Assembly: GCA_028534125.1 (NCBI GenBank)
Contig: CM052816.1
Location: 31,808,001-31,872,000, forward strand
Direction: 5' to 3'
From: Lama glama
Taxonomy: Eukaryota
Length of the DNA stretch: 64,000 nt
Shown: positions 38,151-51,350 of the stretch, piece by piece
Numbering within the stretch: position 1 is the stretch's first letter
Layout of the letters: each line of letters starts with the position of its first letter
The notes under the pieces: model-generated
Told to the model about the DNA's origin: nothing
Database searches by the model: none
Seen by the model: the letters and a program-made list of their open reading frames with translations, nothing else
Translations under genes and position numbers: made by a program

Positions 38151-39853
38151 ACATGAAGGTGTTTATATATTTATTGATCTCTGCCTTTACCCTCATCCTG
38201 GTGTCTCTCCCCAGGACCTTTCCAGCTAATCCGTTTTAAAAGAAATAGAACATGTTCCCTGGCATTTCTCAGTAGCACAGATTTTTGTTTCCATACATAA
38301 ACACAAATTAATATATTCATATAAACAGATTCAGTTGTAAAACGGAAGCTAATCTTAACTCTGGGTGTTAGAAGAAATTCTGCATTCTCTGTTAATGTCA
38401 CATTTGTAAATCTTCTAAAGGGATCATATTCAGGTATTGTTTTGGAAAAATTCTTACTCTATTCAGGAACATCAATCCCTTGAGAAATAAGATTTATTAG
38501 ACTATTGTGATGTTACACCTCTTTTGTAAAAGTATATATTGAACAGCTGATGCAGCAGAATCCTCAAATAGAAGGATCTCCACCAAACAGCGGTCATGGT
38601 GGGTGTCAAGTTCCACATGCATCCTACCCTCCTTCTTGGCTCCTGTTCACACTAGTCAACTTGAAAACTGTTATCTGCAGTAGCCAAGAAAGGATAATCA
38701 AATTTGGCTCTATTCAAAATCATCTTCTGCCAATTATAGTTCAGAATTAATAGTTTATTGAGACAGCATACATCTCAGGAAGTTCAGGCTACTTCCCTGC
38801 ATGATTCATCTTTAACTCTCCAAGGAATTTGCAACTTCAGTGTTTTTCGACAGCTACAGCACAGAAGGTAGAGAAACTATCCATCCAAGAACGGCTTCCC
38901 CATAATCCATGGCACTATCCCCTTCCACTTTTACCTGTATTCTCTAGCAGTAAAGCAAGCAAGATCAGCTATTTAAATCAAACAGTTTAAATTATACAAT
39001 CTACTTTGTTGCAACTCAGGGAACTCTCAGTTATAAATTATGACTGGGCAGATCTGTCATTCCTGATCTGTCATTCCTTGAGGAGGTTCATGCTTTACTG
39101 CAAGAATTGTTTCTCTCTGCCCTTGGATCCAAAGGAAGCTGAGTGTTTCTCATATGGGTTTCCTGCTAGGTTTCTGATGTATTTTGCCCTCAAAGCACCT
39201 AGCTTTATCATTTCTCTTCTGTCCTCAGAGTGTCCCAAACGCCACATTTTTTTTTTCACAACTCAGCACCTCCATTTCTCACTCTGGAGTCATCTACCCA
39301 GCTACTATTCTTTATTCTTTCTCTGAATAATGTCAGAGCACTACAACTATTGACAATTCACTTAACAATTTCAGGACTCTGGAACTAATCCAAATGGAAA
39401 TTCTTAGTTGATCAAAAATCTGAATAAAATACATCCTTTAGACTAGAGAATAAAAAGAAGAAAGTGTAAAAAAGGTAAATAGGCCAAGAAAACAATGCAA
39501 AGGGAAAAAGATTAGAGAGAATAAAAAACAAATGGGCAGCTGAAAACCAGGAGAGAATTCTAGAAAGCAGTAACATTAAAGATCACTTGCTCAGGAACTA
39601 ATAGAAGACACAGGTAGAGGCCTTGCAGAGTTCCTCAGTGGGTAGAGCAAGGATGTGGAGAATGAAAGCCAACCTTCAGCTCTAAACTCCACCAGCATCT
39701 GACCACAGTACCCCCTACTTATGTGAATGCCATACTCTGTCTTTATAATTCCCATAAATAAAATGTGCATAAGAAATCCTGGGACATAATACCTCTCACT
39801 CTGTTGTGAGAATTATGTGTAGAAAGTGTTTTGAACTTATTGAGGAAAATGTA

Positions 39854-42268
39854 TAGACATGTATCGGAGATACTTCAGTTTCAGTTCCAGACTATCGGAA
39901 TAAAGTGAATATCCCAAAAAATGGAGCCACATAAACTTTTTGGTTTCCCAGTACATATAGAAGTTATGTTTATCCTATAGTGTAGTCTATTAAGTATGCG
40001 ATAGCATTTTGTCTAAAAACAACAAAATGTACATACCTTTATTTTAAAAATACTTCCTTGCTAAAAAAAATTGCCAACCATAATCTGAGCCTTTAGTGAG
40101 TCAACATCTTTTTGCTGGTGGAGGGTCCTGCCTCGATGTTGATGGCTGCTAACTGATCAAGGTAGTGGCTGCAGAAAGTTGGGGTGACTGTGATAACTTC
40201 CCAGAATAAGACAACAATGAAGTCTACAACTTCGATGGACTCTTCCTTTCACAAACAACTTGTGTGCAGCACGCAATACTGTTTGATAGCATTTTGCCCA
40301 CAGGAGAACTGCTTTTAAAATTGGACTCAATCCTCCCAAACTCTGCCTCTGCTTTATAAACTAAGTTTATGTAGTATTCTAAAGTCTTTGTTGTCATTTT
40401 AACAATCTTCCCAGCATCTTCACCAGGAGCAGATTCTTTCTCAAGAAAACTGTTTATTTGCTCATCATGAGAAGCAACTCTTCATCCTTTAAAGTTTTGG
40501 CCTGAGGTGGCAGCAATCCAGTCACATTTTCAGGCTCCACTTCCAAGTCTAGTTCTCTTGCTGTTTCCACCACATTTGCAGTTATTTCCTCCACCGAAAT
40601 CTTGAACCCCTCAATGACATCCATGAGAGCTGGAATCAATTCTTCCAAACTTCTGTTAATGTTGGTATTTTGACCTCTATCTATGAATCACAAATGATTG
40701 TAACAGCATCTAAATTGGCAAATTCTTTCCAAAATGTTTTTGACTTACTTTTGCCCAGATCCATCAGAGGACTCACTATAGCAATTATAGCCTTATGAAA
40801 TGTATTTCTTAAAAAATAAAACTTGAAAGTCTAAATTACTCCTTAATATGTGGGCTGAAGAATGAATGAATGTTGTGTTAGCAGGCATGAAAATAACATT
40901 AATCTCACTGGACACCTCCATCAGAGCTCTTGGGAGACCAGGTGCACTGTCAGTGAGCAGCATTATTTTGAAAGGAATCTTTTTTTTCTGAGCAGTAGGT
41001 CTCAACAGTGGGCTTAAAATTATCAGTAAACCATGTTGTAAACAGATGCACTGTTATCCTGGCTTTGTTTTTTCAATGTATAAAGCACAGGAAGACAAAC
41101 TTTAGCAAAATTCTTAAGGGCTCTAGGACTTTCAAAATGGTCGATGAGCACTGGCTTCAACTTCAAGTCACCTTCTGCATTAGCCCCCTAAGAGGAGAGT
41201 CAGCCTGTTCTTTGCAGCACTGAAACTAGACATTGACCTCTCCTCTCTAGCTATAAAAGTGACAGATGGCATCTTCTTTCAAGAGAAGGCTATTTTCCAA
41301 GGAAAATCTGTTTAGTGTAGTCACCCCTATTATCTTATCTAGATCTTCTGGATAACTTTCCACAGCTTCTACATCAGCACCTGCCGCTTCACCTTGTACT
41401 TTTGAGTTATGAAGACAGCTTCTTTCCCTAAACCTCATGAAACCACCTCTGCTAGCTTCAAACTTTTCTTCTGCAGCCTCCTCACCTCTGTCAGCCTTCA
41501 CAGAACTGAAGAGAGTTAGGGCTTTGCTCTATGCTAGGCTTTGACTTGAGGGAATGTTGTGGCTGGTTGGACCTATCCAGACCACTGAAACTTTCTCCAC
41601 ATCAGCAATAAGGCTGTTTTGCTTTTTCATCATTTGTGTGCTCACCGCAGTAGCAATTTTCATTTCCTTCAGAACTTTTTCTTTGCAGTCACAACTTGGC
41701 CAACTGTTTGGTACTAGAGGCCCAGCTTTCATACAGTCCTGGCTTTCAGCATGCTTTCCTCACTAAACTTAATCATTTCTAGCTTTTGATTTAAAGTGAG
41801 AGACGTGTGAATATTCATTCCACTTGAACACTTAAAAGGCCAATGTAGGGTTATTAATTGGCATAATTTCAATATTATTATGTCTCAGGGAATATGGAGC
41901 CCCAAGGAGAGGGAGAGAGATGGGGAATGGCTGGTAAGCAGAGCAGTCAAAACATACACAACATTTATGGATTAAGTCCACCATCTTCTTTGGACATAGT
42001 TCAGGGTGCCCCAAACAATTACAATAGTAACATCAAAGATCACTGATCACAGATTATCATAATGAATATAATAATAATGAAAAAGTTTGAAATACCTTGA
42101 GAATTACCAAATTGTGACAGAGACACGAAGTGAGAAAATGCTGTTGGAAAAATGGCACCAATAGGTTTGTTTGATGCAGGGTTGTCACAAGGCTTCAATT
42201 TGTAAAAAACACAATTATCTGTGAAGTGCAGTAAAAAAAATGAGGTGCAATAAAACACAGTATGCCTG
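39854..42268 (-). mobile_element. Full-length Tigger1 DNA transposon with broken transposase
   Basis: ~2.4 kb, TA at both ends, degenerate TIRs (tagacatgtatcggagat / cagtatgcctg); transposase fragments in ORFs 41529-41732, 41247-41501 ([39 protein letters not shown]), 40793-41005, 40454-40648. Confidence 0.96.
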
Positions 42269-44089
42269 TAATTTCAAAGCTGTATTATCATATTGCCTGC
42301 AAATAAGTAACCCATACAGAGATGCTTTAAAAAATAAATGTTTATATTAAGCTACATATCTACTGTGCCCTGTTGAAAAGACTGTCTTCCTTTTCCATTA
42401 CTGTTATATGATTAGATTGTATTAGATTAATGAAATATATTTTATTATTACTATATTTTATATATTACTATATACTATATATTTTATTATTACTGTAACT
42501 AAATTAATTTTTAAAGAGGTCAAAGTGATATTGGAAAGACAAAAGAAGCTCCAGGTAGATTTTACTCCTCAGCATTTATTAAATAATTCAACTCCATTCA
42601 ACAAATATCTATGATGCTTACCACACTCTAAGACATCAGAGGGTGTTAAGAAGTTAGACTCTGTGCCACAGGAAGAATTGTGGATATACATTCTATGAAC
42701 ATATCTCAGCATTTTTATGGTTACTGGAAACACCCTTCTCAGCTCCCAGGCCACTGTCAAATGTTCAGCCTTCTGCTGACCTTTCAAAACCCCCCACCTC
42801 AGTACTCACCCCTGCCTTATGCACTCAGACACCCAGAAGATTCGTTCTGTGAAGGATATAGGGGCACAGACCATTCCAATGTCCACTGTCACTAATACAT
42901 CTAGGAGTAAGCCTGAGATGATCACAACACCTACGCAGTACCTTCCTCAAATGAGCTGTTCAGAAGGCTGATTTAATTAATTGGTATTTTTATCCAAGTA
43001 ACACAGAGTTGAAGAATCAAATATGCTAAAGGCTCATAATAAAAGTCACACTCACTTCTCTCACTTCTCCCAAATGTCCATTCAACTTCCCTGGATGGAA
43101 CACTTTCAACTCCTTGAAGTGTTTCTTCTGGCTTTTGCTTTCCATTTCTAAATAATATATTCACTCTACCATTTAATCACTTAAAAATTTTAGACACTGT
43201 ATCTTGACTTCCAAATATGGTAGATGATTTAGCTCTCTCAAATTCCTACCACCTTTCCACAAAACTTCAAACACAGTAATATGATAACTGAGATTTCACT
43301 CTAGAGTAGGCATCATATTATTGGAATAATGTAAAAAATCTTACTATAGAGTTAAATACTGTAGTATTATTTCATTATTTCATCTATTATACAAATTTCA
43401 TAAATCATTTTATAATTAAAATTATAGTATGTTATATTAAAATTTATGTTACATGCTATATTATTATAATACAAATATAAAATCATATATTATAATTTAT
43501 AACATTGTATTATATGACTATTAAATCACATTGTAATATGGTTTGATTTCATTTATTACATAAATTTTCCCAGACCTAAACATGGTTTGGTTTTTTTTGT
43601 TCAACTATTAAACTGTTGTTTCTTCAACTTCCTGAAGCATCTTAAGTCCACTCTAAGCATCTGAAAGAGTTGTGAACCAACAAAGTTCTCAGGCTCCTTG
43701 GCTCTGACAGCCCAGTAGGAGACAATAAATACAACAAATAAATTTAAAAGTTGGCAAGTGGTATTTTTAAAAACCTATTTTCTTGGTTTTCTATGTACCA
43801 TGTTTGACTCTTCTCCACATGCCCATCATATCTGTCAAATGCCTACCAGTATTATTTTTTAAATGTTCAGACATATCAGATTATCTGATTTTAAAAGAGA
43901 TCTCTCCACCAACAGAGAAGTGGACATTTATCAAGGTACTTCTAAATATCAATACACAGACATTTATTATCCAAACAAAACTTTCCATCTCCTCTCTGGC
44001 TATAGATGTCCTAAGAATCAGTCCATTCTGAGAAGAGAAACTGGAAGCCATATTCTCAGAATGCAGTCTTTTCTTTAAATCTATGGTAT

Positions 44090-45150
44090 TCAACCATGAG
44101 ATTCACCCCTGCCCTCCACTGTGTAAGTATCCCCTGGACAGGACTGCCAGCTCAGAGGCAATACTCTGTGAGAATGGGCATCATCCTTTAGGATGTAGAC
44201 ACACTGAATCAGAGATCTCTATTTTCCGCTAAAAAGAATACATGGATCCAGGACCAAAGCATAGAAACGGAAATAGCCCTACTTGCCATCATTCCCAAAG
44301 TCTCACTGGGGCATTTTGTGCTTCCTGTTCCCACAGCTCTGAGCTCTACAGACTCACAGTCCTTGCCCAAAAATTAGGGGGGAGGGGAGGAACACTCTTG
44401 TGAGGGAACAAAACAAAGGGCTCATTGAACTACAAGCTAAGACTGCAACCTGGGTACTTCAAACTCCTGTGAACAGGGATCAGGACAGACAAAAAGAATG
44501 GTCGCCATCACACCAGAGGTGTGACCTGACTAGCAGGTGGAGGTGGGGACAAGGAGGAACAGGTGTGGAATTCAAGTGATCCACTTGGACATCTCTTGGC
44601 ACTCCTTTCTCCAATTTTGACTGTAAGCAGACAAGTGTCACAGCCCCAATCTGAGAAGGGTAGAATTACTGGGGCCTCAGACCCCTCAGGAATGAGAGTT
44701 TGGGTCACACCTCCAGGTAAGGCACCAAAACCAGCAGAAATGATAACTGAAAGCAAGGAAATTTAGAATGGCTAGCGTACGAGGTCAATCATGAGTACCA
44801 TTTGTAGCCCCAAGATCAACTGCAGCAATGAGGGATGAAGACCATCCCTAACTTCCCTCTTGTAAGTTTCCCTCATGAACAGAGGCCACTGGAACCCTGA
44901 AGGAGCTGCTCCCTACACAACTGGATCCAGAGGGCACAAAGTATAGACTATGGCAGCCATGGAACTGTGTCACTCAAACCACCCTTCAAGAAAAAACTTG
45001 CTGTTTAAAATACATTTAGGTGACAGCCTCCAGTTGTTAGCCCCTTGAAGCTCTTGCCTCAGCTTTTGAGTCAAGGCCACACTCTTGTCAGCTGCCCTCA
45101 GCCAATGACTAAGCATCTCTGCCCAGTGTGGGACTTCAGAGGGTAACCAT
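44090..45150 (+). mobile_element. ERVL (ERV3-16A3-like) internal 3' region followed by partial LTR16
   Basis: 'agaatacatggatccagga.caaag','ttgtgcttcctgttcccacagctctgagctct','gcctcagacccctcaggaatgagagtttgggtcacacctccaggtaag'; LTR16-like from ~44950. Confidence 0.8.
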
Positions 45151-45169
45151 TGCAGGACATTCAGTCCTT

Positions 45170-45515
45170 ACAGTATGATTGCTCCTAAACTTCTCAAATG
45201 CCAGAGATATTACATAATCCAGTGCATCTCCTTTTACCTGTATCTCATCCCAGTTCACCACAAGTAAAAGGCTTAACAATTACACTGCTGCTACATCCCA
45301 GGGACTATTAGTACCTCGCCTACCACCAGTGATGGGGACTCTACCAGTCAACTAGGATGATTCAGCTTCAGAATCCCTTAAAGTCTGCTTCCTAGGGCCC
45401 CTATTCTGGTACCAAACAACATAGATCAGGTTTTCTAGAAGCTGATTCTGAACCAGAGATTTAAATTCATAGATAAAGGGGATCTGAGTAGGGCACCAAA
45501 GGTGTCCACCATATC
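45170..45515 (-). mobile_element. ERVL 5' internal region plus internally deleted LTR16-like, opposite orientation
   Basis: Minus strand 'ttggtaccagaatag' LTR/internal junction and 'ccccatcactggtggtagg...tgtggtgaactgggatgag'. Confidence 0.6.
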
Positions 45516-45934
45516 CCACATCCACTAAAAGTTTCAAATATAAGCACTATTTTCCCAGATTGATACTTACTGGATTTGATATCTTTTTCAAAATGAAGAT
45601 ACTGAAATGGGACTTCTGCCTATCAGAGATCAAAAAACTATGCCCAGCCATAACAAGAAATATATTATTTTCACCCCATGGACTTAGAATGAGAAATGTA
45701 GATGGTACTATCATAGATCATCAACATAGAATCAGGTCTAAAAACACATGACTGATAGTCAAGGAGAAAATGTGGGAATCCAGGTTTAAGAAGTCCCATT
45801 CCAATGTCTACCAATTTTGTAACAGAATACAAGTGGTTAAAATATTTAAAATTTTTAAAAGTTAGGAATTCAAAATAAAGTATGCCTTTCATTAACTTTA
45901 CATAAAGCTAAGCCTAAAAGATTGCATAGGTCTC

Positions 45935-46371
45935 TAGCTGCAGTGAAGCGAGCAGGAGCATTGGGACCTCAGCTCGGAACAGAAAATGGCAGAAAAGCCA
46001 GGCATGGGGAAATGGCCAGCTTCAACAAGGCCAAGCTGAAGAAGACCAAGACACAGGAGAAGAACACCCTGCCAACCAGAGACCAGAGACCATCAGGCAG
46101 GAGAAGTAAGCAAAGTGAAATTTCCTAAGAACCTGGAGAACTCTCCACCCCTTGAAGACCCTAGTCTTGATGTGGACCAAGAGCCACCTGCAAGATGGAC
46201 ATGAGTGACAAGCTGCACTGTGAACCCGGGCACTCCATGCCGATGCCACTGGCCTGCAGGTCTCTGAGGGATCCTCCACTTGGACTGCCAAATTCTCCGG
46301 TTTTCCTTTGGATATTACAGAAAATTATTTGGATGACTAATGAAAATAAAACACACCTCATGGCAAAAAAA
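45935..46371 (+). pseudogene. TMSB10: Processed pseudogene of thymosin beta-10
   Basis: Intronless; ATG 45986 (MAEKPGMG, then 1-nt deletion), ASFNKAKLKKTKTQEKNTLPT, ...SEIS-TAA 46128; recognisable TMSB10 3' UTR (gagccacctgcaagatggac, gactgccaaattctccggttt), AATAAA 46345-46350, A remnant 46365-46371. Confidence 0.96.
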
Positions 46372-47849
46372 CCCCAAAACTTATAATTACTTATATAAAA
46401 CATTAATGTACCCTGCAAATTCTAAAGAGAAAATATGCAAAGGAGTGCTTTAAAGACATTTTTAGCTCAAATTTCCCTGTTTGAATTCATAAAGCTCCCT
46501 TCTGGTTTCCAATCTGTCACAAGAAAAAGTACCTAATTGACTGCAATTTCAGAATTGGTGAGAAACAGAGACAATCTGAAGGCCAATAATAGAGTTGAAA
46601 TGTCTTCCTTCTTTACCAAAACCTAGGTTTGAATCCAAAGATACAGGCTTTGAAAAATGCATCATTTATTTAGCACTAAGAATAGGGAAGCCAGGCTCTG
46701 TTCAGGAGTTTTCTTGCTTTCTGTTATCAAAATGATATTCTGCTCTACAACCACACTTCCCACATAATAGCCTTGCTATTTTCATTTAAAATGTTTAGAC
46801 GTTTTTCTTAGAGGGCAAAAGAGGAGTCACACAGTAGAGCATTCTGAGCCTTTCAATATGGAAATTGTCCAAATAAGGTACAAATTTAGCACAGCTATTT
46901 CGAAAAAAAAAAGACCTTGAGCAAACATTAATATTCTCACATTTCAATTTTCTTCCAAAGATCAGAAATTTTCAGCATTAAAAGGAGCAAAAGAGTAAAG
47001 CTTGCACAACTCTAGCATACTCCCAGGGTACCCACTATTATCAACATTTTGTCTGGTCATATATTAAAAAAGAAATGTAGCAGCTGACCTAAAAAGGGAA
47101 CAAAGATGGGTATGAGGGAAAGTTCAGAGCCTCAAACACTAAGTCTTTGATGGTGACAAATGCTTTTCCAGAAAAAGAAATACCTAGAAATGGTTGAATT
47201 TCTATACTGTAATCTCTAAAACAAAGAATGTAGTATGTAAACATAGAATTATCAATATATGTGGGTAGAGTTCATTCAAAATACACGGGAAAAGCTTTTA
47301 AAAGCCCAAGCCTAGAATTGTTAAGTTCTAGAGCTGAAGGGGCTAAAAAAATATTTTACAGATAAGGAGGTAGTTAGCAGTTATTCAACTTGGACATTTC
47401 TCACAATGTTCACAAGATAGTCATAGTTGTTCACAAATAAATTCCTTTGGATAGTAGATGCCAGCATAAAATTAAAATTTCTTGGAGGAATTTTCAGCTA
47501 AATATAAACCTTGGCCACAAACCATAGGACTTGCTGGCTAGTCTGTGAAGTCCAGATCTGGGTTAAGTATACTTACCAATTCTTTCAAAAGAAATGCCAG
47601 TAAAAGCAGTCTAGGTGTCCACTATTGGCATTTCAAATCAGTGAAGAAAATACTTGCCTATTAAATAAATAGTGTTGGAATAATTGGCTAAACTGTGGGG
47701 AAAAATTAAGTTAAACCTCTACTTTATAACAAGTTATTTTTAAAAACACTGATTAGCAAAAGAGCTATTTTTAATTAAGAATTGTAAATAAATATAGGCA
47801 ATTTCGTTGATCTCTATTTCTATACTTTAACTGATAACTTGCATGACAA

Positions 47850-49000
47850 GAAGGCAGCACCCATGAAAAGATCTGGGGAAAGAGTATCACCATAGAAGGA
47901 AAGACTAGCGCAAAGGCACAGATACTGGAATGGGCTCAGCATGCTCAAGGTCCAAGACAGCCAATGGCTACAGTGAAGAGATCAAGGAAGAAAGCAGAAG
48001 ATGAGGTACCAGATCTAGGAAAGAGCAAGATCATGTGAGGCCTTCTAGGCCATGTCAAGGAGACTGGCTTTGATTCTAAGCTTAATGGAAGTTTTAGGGT
48101 GTTTTCAGCAAGGATGGCATGATATGATTTATGCTTTAGAATGATTCATCAGGAAGACTAAAGGAGGAATGAAAACTAGACTCAGGGACTGTAGAAATAA
48201 TGCAAAGAGAGAGTTTGGGCACTTCCACTAATAGGGAATAAAAGTAAGAAAGCAATCCAGGATGAATCCTAGGCTAAAGCTAGCATGGATGGTGTGCCAT
48301 TCACCTGGGGTGGGGTCAGAAGGGACAACTTTGGAGAAGAGGAGTTAATAGTTCTATTTTGGGCATGTTGCATCTTAGTTACCTATTAAGGCATCCCTCA
48401 TAGTAGTAATGCCTAGTAGTAACCAGTTCAATATCTGAGTGAGGAGCCCAGGGAAGAGATTTGGGTTGGAAATATAAATTTGAGGATTCATCAACATATA
48501 AGTGTTATCTGAAGCTGTGGGACCAAGTCAGATCAGATAGGAAGAGAATATAGATGAAGAAAAGAACAGGACCTAAGACTGAGCCAGGGAGGACTCATTT
48601 TCAGGGATCTGGTAGAGAAGAGGACAGGAGCCAGCAACAAAACTGAGGGAGGGCCCAAAAGGTGGGGGGAAATCAGGTGTACCGAGCCCCCAAAGCCTAA
48701 AGAAGAAACCTTTTCAAGGAGGGAGTCATTAACCATGTCAATTGCTGTTGAGAGGTCAATTAGGACAATGAGAGAGAACTGACAATTGACTCTGACATGG
48801 TATAAATCACTAGTAACCATGGTAAGCGTGATAGGAGCTGCTTCAGTAGAGTGGTTTCGCTAAAAGCCCCATTCTAATGAGTTAAGAAGGAAAATGAGAG
48901 CAAGACAGCAAGCACAGGCAACTCTTTCGAGTAATTTTGTTGGGAAGCAGAGATGAAAATAGGGCAGTAGCCGGATGGAGAAAACAGCACAAGGGGTATT
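47850..49000 (-). mobile_element. L2 LINE including reverse-transcriptase remnant
   Basis: ORF 48533..48820 VTSDLYH..NCQFSLIVLIDLSTAIDMVNDSLLEKVSSLGF resembles the L2 RT motif LLDLSAAFDTVDHSLL. Confidence 0.88.
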
Positions 49001-49059
49001 TGTGATACACGATAATAAGGCATTTTATATGATATTGCAAATGGTTTTTAATAAATCTG

Positions 49060-49270
49060 ATAATTAATATTTATTCAGCATTTACACTGTGCCAGGGACC
49101 GGTCCACATACTTTCTTGTATTGCTCATTTAATTATCAAAGTATTGCTATTTCAGAGATAAAGTTACTGAGGCATGGAGTAGTAAATTAATTTGCCCAAA
49201 GACACATTCTTAATTAGTTGCAAAGCCACGATTTGAAAACTGGCAATATGAGCTCTTCACCACTGCAGCA
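49060..49270 (-). mobile_element. MIR SINE
   Basis: 'cagagataaagttactgaggcat','aatttgcccaaagacaca'. Confidence 0.8.
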
Positions 49271-49699
49271 GAAGATGCAAGAAAGAAAAATAATGACAGA
49301 AAAGTAGCCCCTGAAAACGTGAGAGACGGGGAGCTTTAGAGAAATGGGTCTGAGAAACAAAAGCAGATGGTAAACAGAGTGTATGACAAGTAGTTAGAAT
49401 TCATGGTAGGAATCGGTATTTCTCCTCTGATTACATGTCTTATTTGTATAATTGAAAGCTAATAATTTAAAAATATTATTAAGACATTTCCTGCCCATAA
49501 AGGGAGACAGACCAAGCAAGTGTTTGTGTTAAGTGCTCAGAATGGAGCCTGGAAAATAGTAGGGACCATGTAGGGTTAGAGTCTACTAGGCTCAATGGTG
49601 TTACCTAATCTTCTTGAGAAGAATATACAGGGCATAGTGGGGACTTATACGGGAGAGTGGGAAAAGCAAAAGCAGGAAAGTCTTTAAAACAAAAGATTC

Positions 49700-51350
49700 T
49701 TGAGTTCACACTTGAGATGACTTTTGAAAACTGAGTAGGTGTATTTAAGGCAACTGGATGCAGTGGAGGATGACAAAGAGCCTTACAGAGAGTAGGAAAC
49801 CATGAGCATCAGGGACTCCAGAAGGATCAAACCAGCTATTAAAGGATGCACAGATAATTCTTTAGAGCTGAAACATTAAGTTTCAGCAACGGTCAATGCA
49901 AGAAAGAGAGTGGGAGAGACAGACTGGAGGGTCCAGGGACAAAGGGGCTTCTATACTAGACAAAGAGCCTCCTAATCAGCTCCGCATTTTGGAAAGATTA
50001 CTTTCGCTTAAAACAAATAAACAAAACAAACAAAGAAGTTGGGGTGTGCAAAACTCAAGTTAGGAAGACCGATTATTAACATCACTGAAAGAAGAGAATC
50101 TCAGGTTATGAGGTAGCCATAACGGAAGATAAAAATGGAGGCAAATTCAACAGAAAATTACGGAGTATGCAGTATTTAACAGAGGACAATAAGTGAGAGA
50201 AGGATGAGCGTTAAAATAAAAAGGAAAACTAAAAGTACCTCCGAAATGAGTAATAACCAAAAACAAAACAAAGTGAGAGGAGTATGGGAAGGGAAAGGAG
50301 AAAAAGAAAAAGAAGGAGGAGGAGAAGAAAGAAGGAGGGGGAAGAGGAAGGGTAAGGGAAGAGGGGGAAGAAGAGGAAAAGAAAGAAGAAGACAGGGAAA
50401 AAAAAAGATGGGTCAGTTGCAGTCAACGTTAGAGAAATATAATGAAAAGGGAGCATCTACTTTTTACCAAGTTTTGGTCCCAGAGCAAAGCATTTGAAAG
50501 GAAGCCGTCTGGATTTTTGGGTGTTTAGAGGTTATGCCCAAGGAACAGTTGGGTAGATGCTAAATAAGGATAAACCCACACCCTTTATTAAATATGAAAA
50601 CACAAGAAGTTGGGAGCAGAACCTCATATACTAGCAGGGAATTCTGTTGGACTGCCCAGAGGAAGGTCCCAGATGGGAAATGTCAATGTGTTAGAGAAGT
50701 TCTGGGACATTGTGGCTTTGTCAGTTCTCCAGAGGATTCTAACACAACCCATAGATAGCAAACCATATCCACAATGCCCAGCTTAGTTTACTAGTTGTTT
50801 CACTGCTTGGAAGAAACCAAAGATGAGTCAAGAGGAATGTTCATGCTCCCCTTACAGGTTGGCCAGGAATACTGAAGCAAACTAAGTAGCCTGGGTCAGA
50901 AGCAGATCAAGGAGTCAACGGTAGCAGTGGCAAAACTGAAGAGGGGGCGATAGGTCTGAAAGAGTAATGGAGCCAGAATCTACAGGATTAGATGACTGAA
51001 TGAGTTTGTCAGATGAGGGAGAGGGAAAAGCCAAAAGTGGTACCCCTGTTTCCAATGAAATGAGAGCAGATTTGAAGATGGGAGAATACGAATTCACTTT
51101 GGGAATACTGAGTCTGAGGGGCTGGTGAGGCCTCAGTCATATTTGTGGATCAGAAGCTCAGGAGAAAGGTCTGGGCTGGGAACGTGGTTTGTAGCCATCA
51201 GGACATAAGTGGTGCAAAGTGTGAAGGTCCAGCTATACAGCAAGAGCAGGCAGACAAAGAGGATCCAGCACAGGGCACCCAGAGACATCAGCCCAATAAC
51301 TAGAATGAGTACTGGACAGGACTGAACCTCAAGGAGACTAAGTAACCAAT
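49700..51350 (-). mobile_element. Fragmented L2 pieces
   Basis: 'agccagaatctacaggattagatgactgaatga','gaattcactttgggaatactgagtctgaggggctgg','gaagctcaggagaaaggtctgggctgg'. Confidence 0.65.
50280..50410 (+). repeat. Polypurine (GA-rich) low-complexity tract
   Basis: ~130 nt almost exclusively A/G. Confidence 0.9.

Noticed and set aside
40157..41732. TIGD1-like domesticated transposase gene
   Set aside because: Multiple frameshifts and stops, with TIRs still present; a fossil Tigger1
42810..42900. Minus-strand exon candidate (ctcctag|...GGG|gtgagt)
   Set aside because: Short pyrimidine tract and no informative translation; cannot be told apart from chance
50204..50497. Lys/Arg/Glu/Gly-rich ORF
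   Set aside because: Translation of a polypurine low-complexity tract
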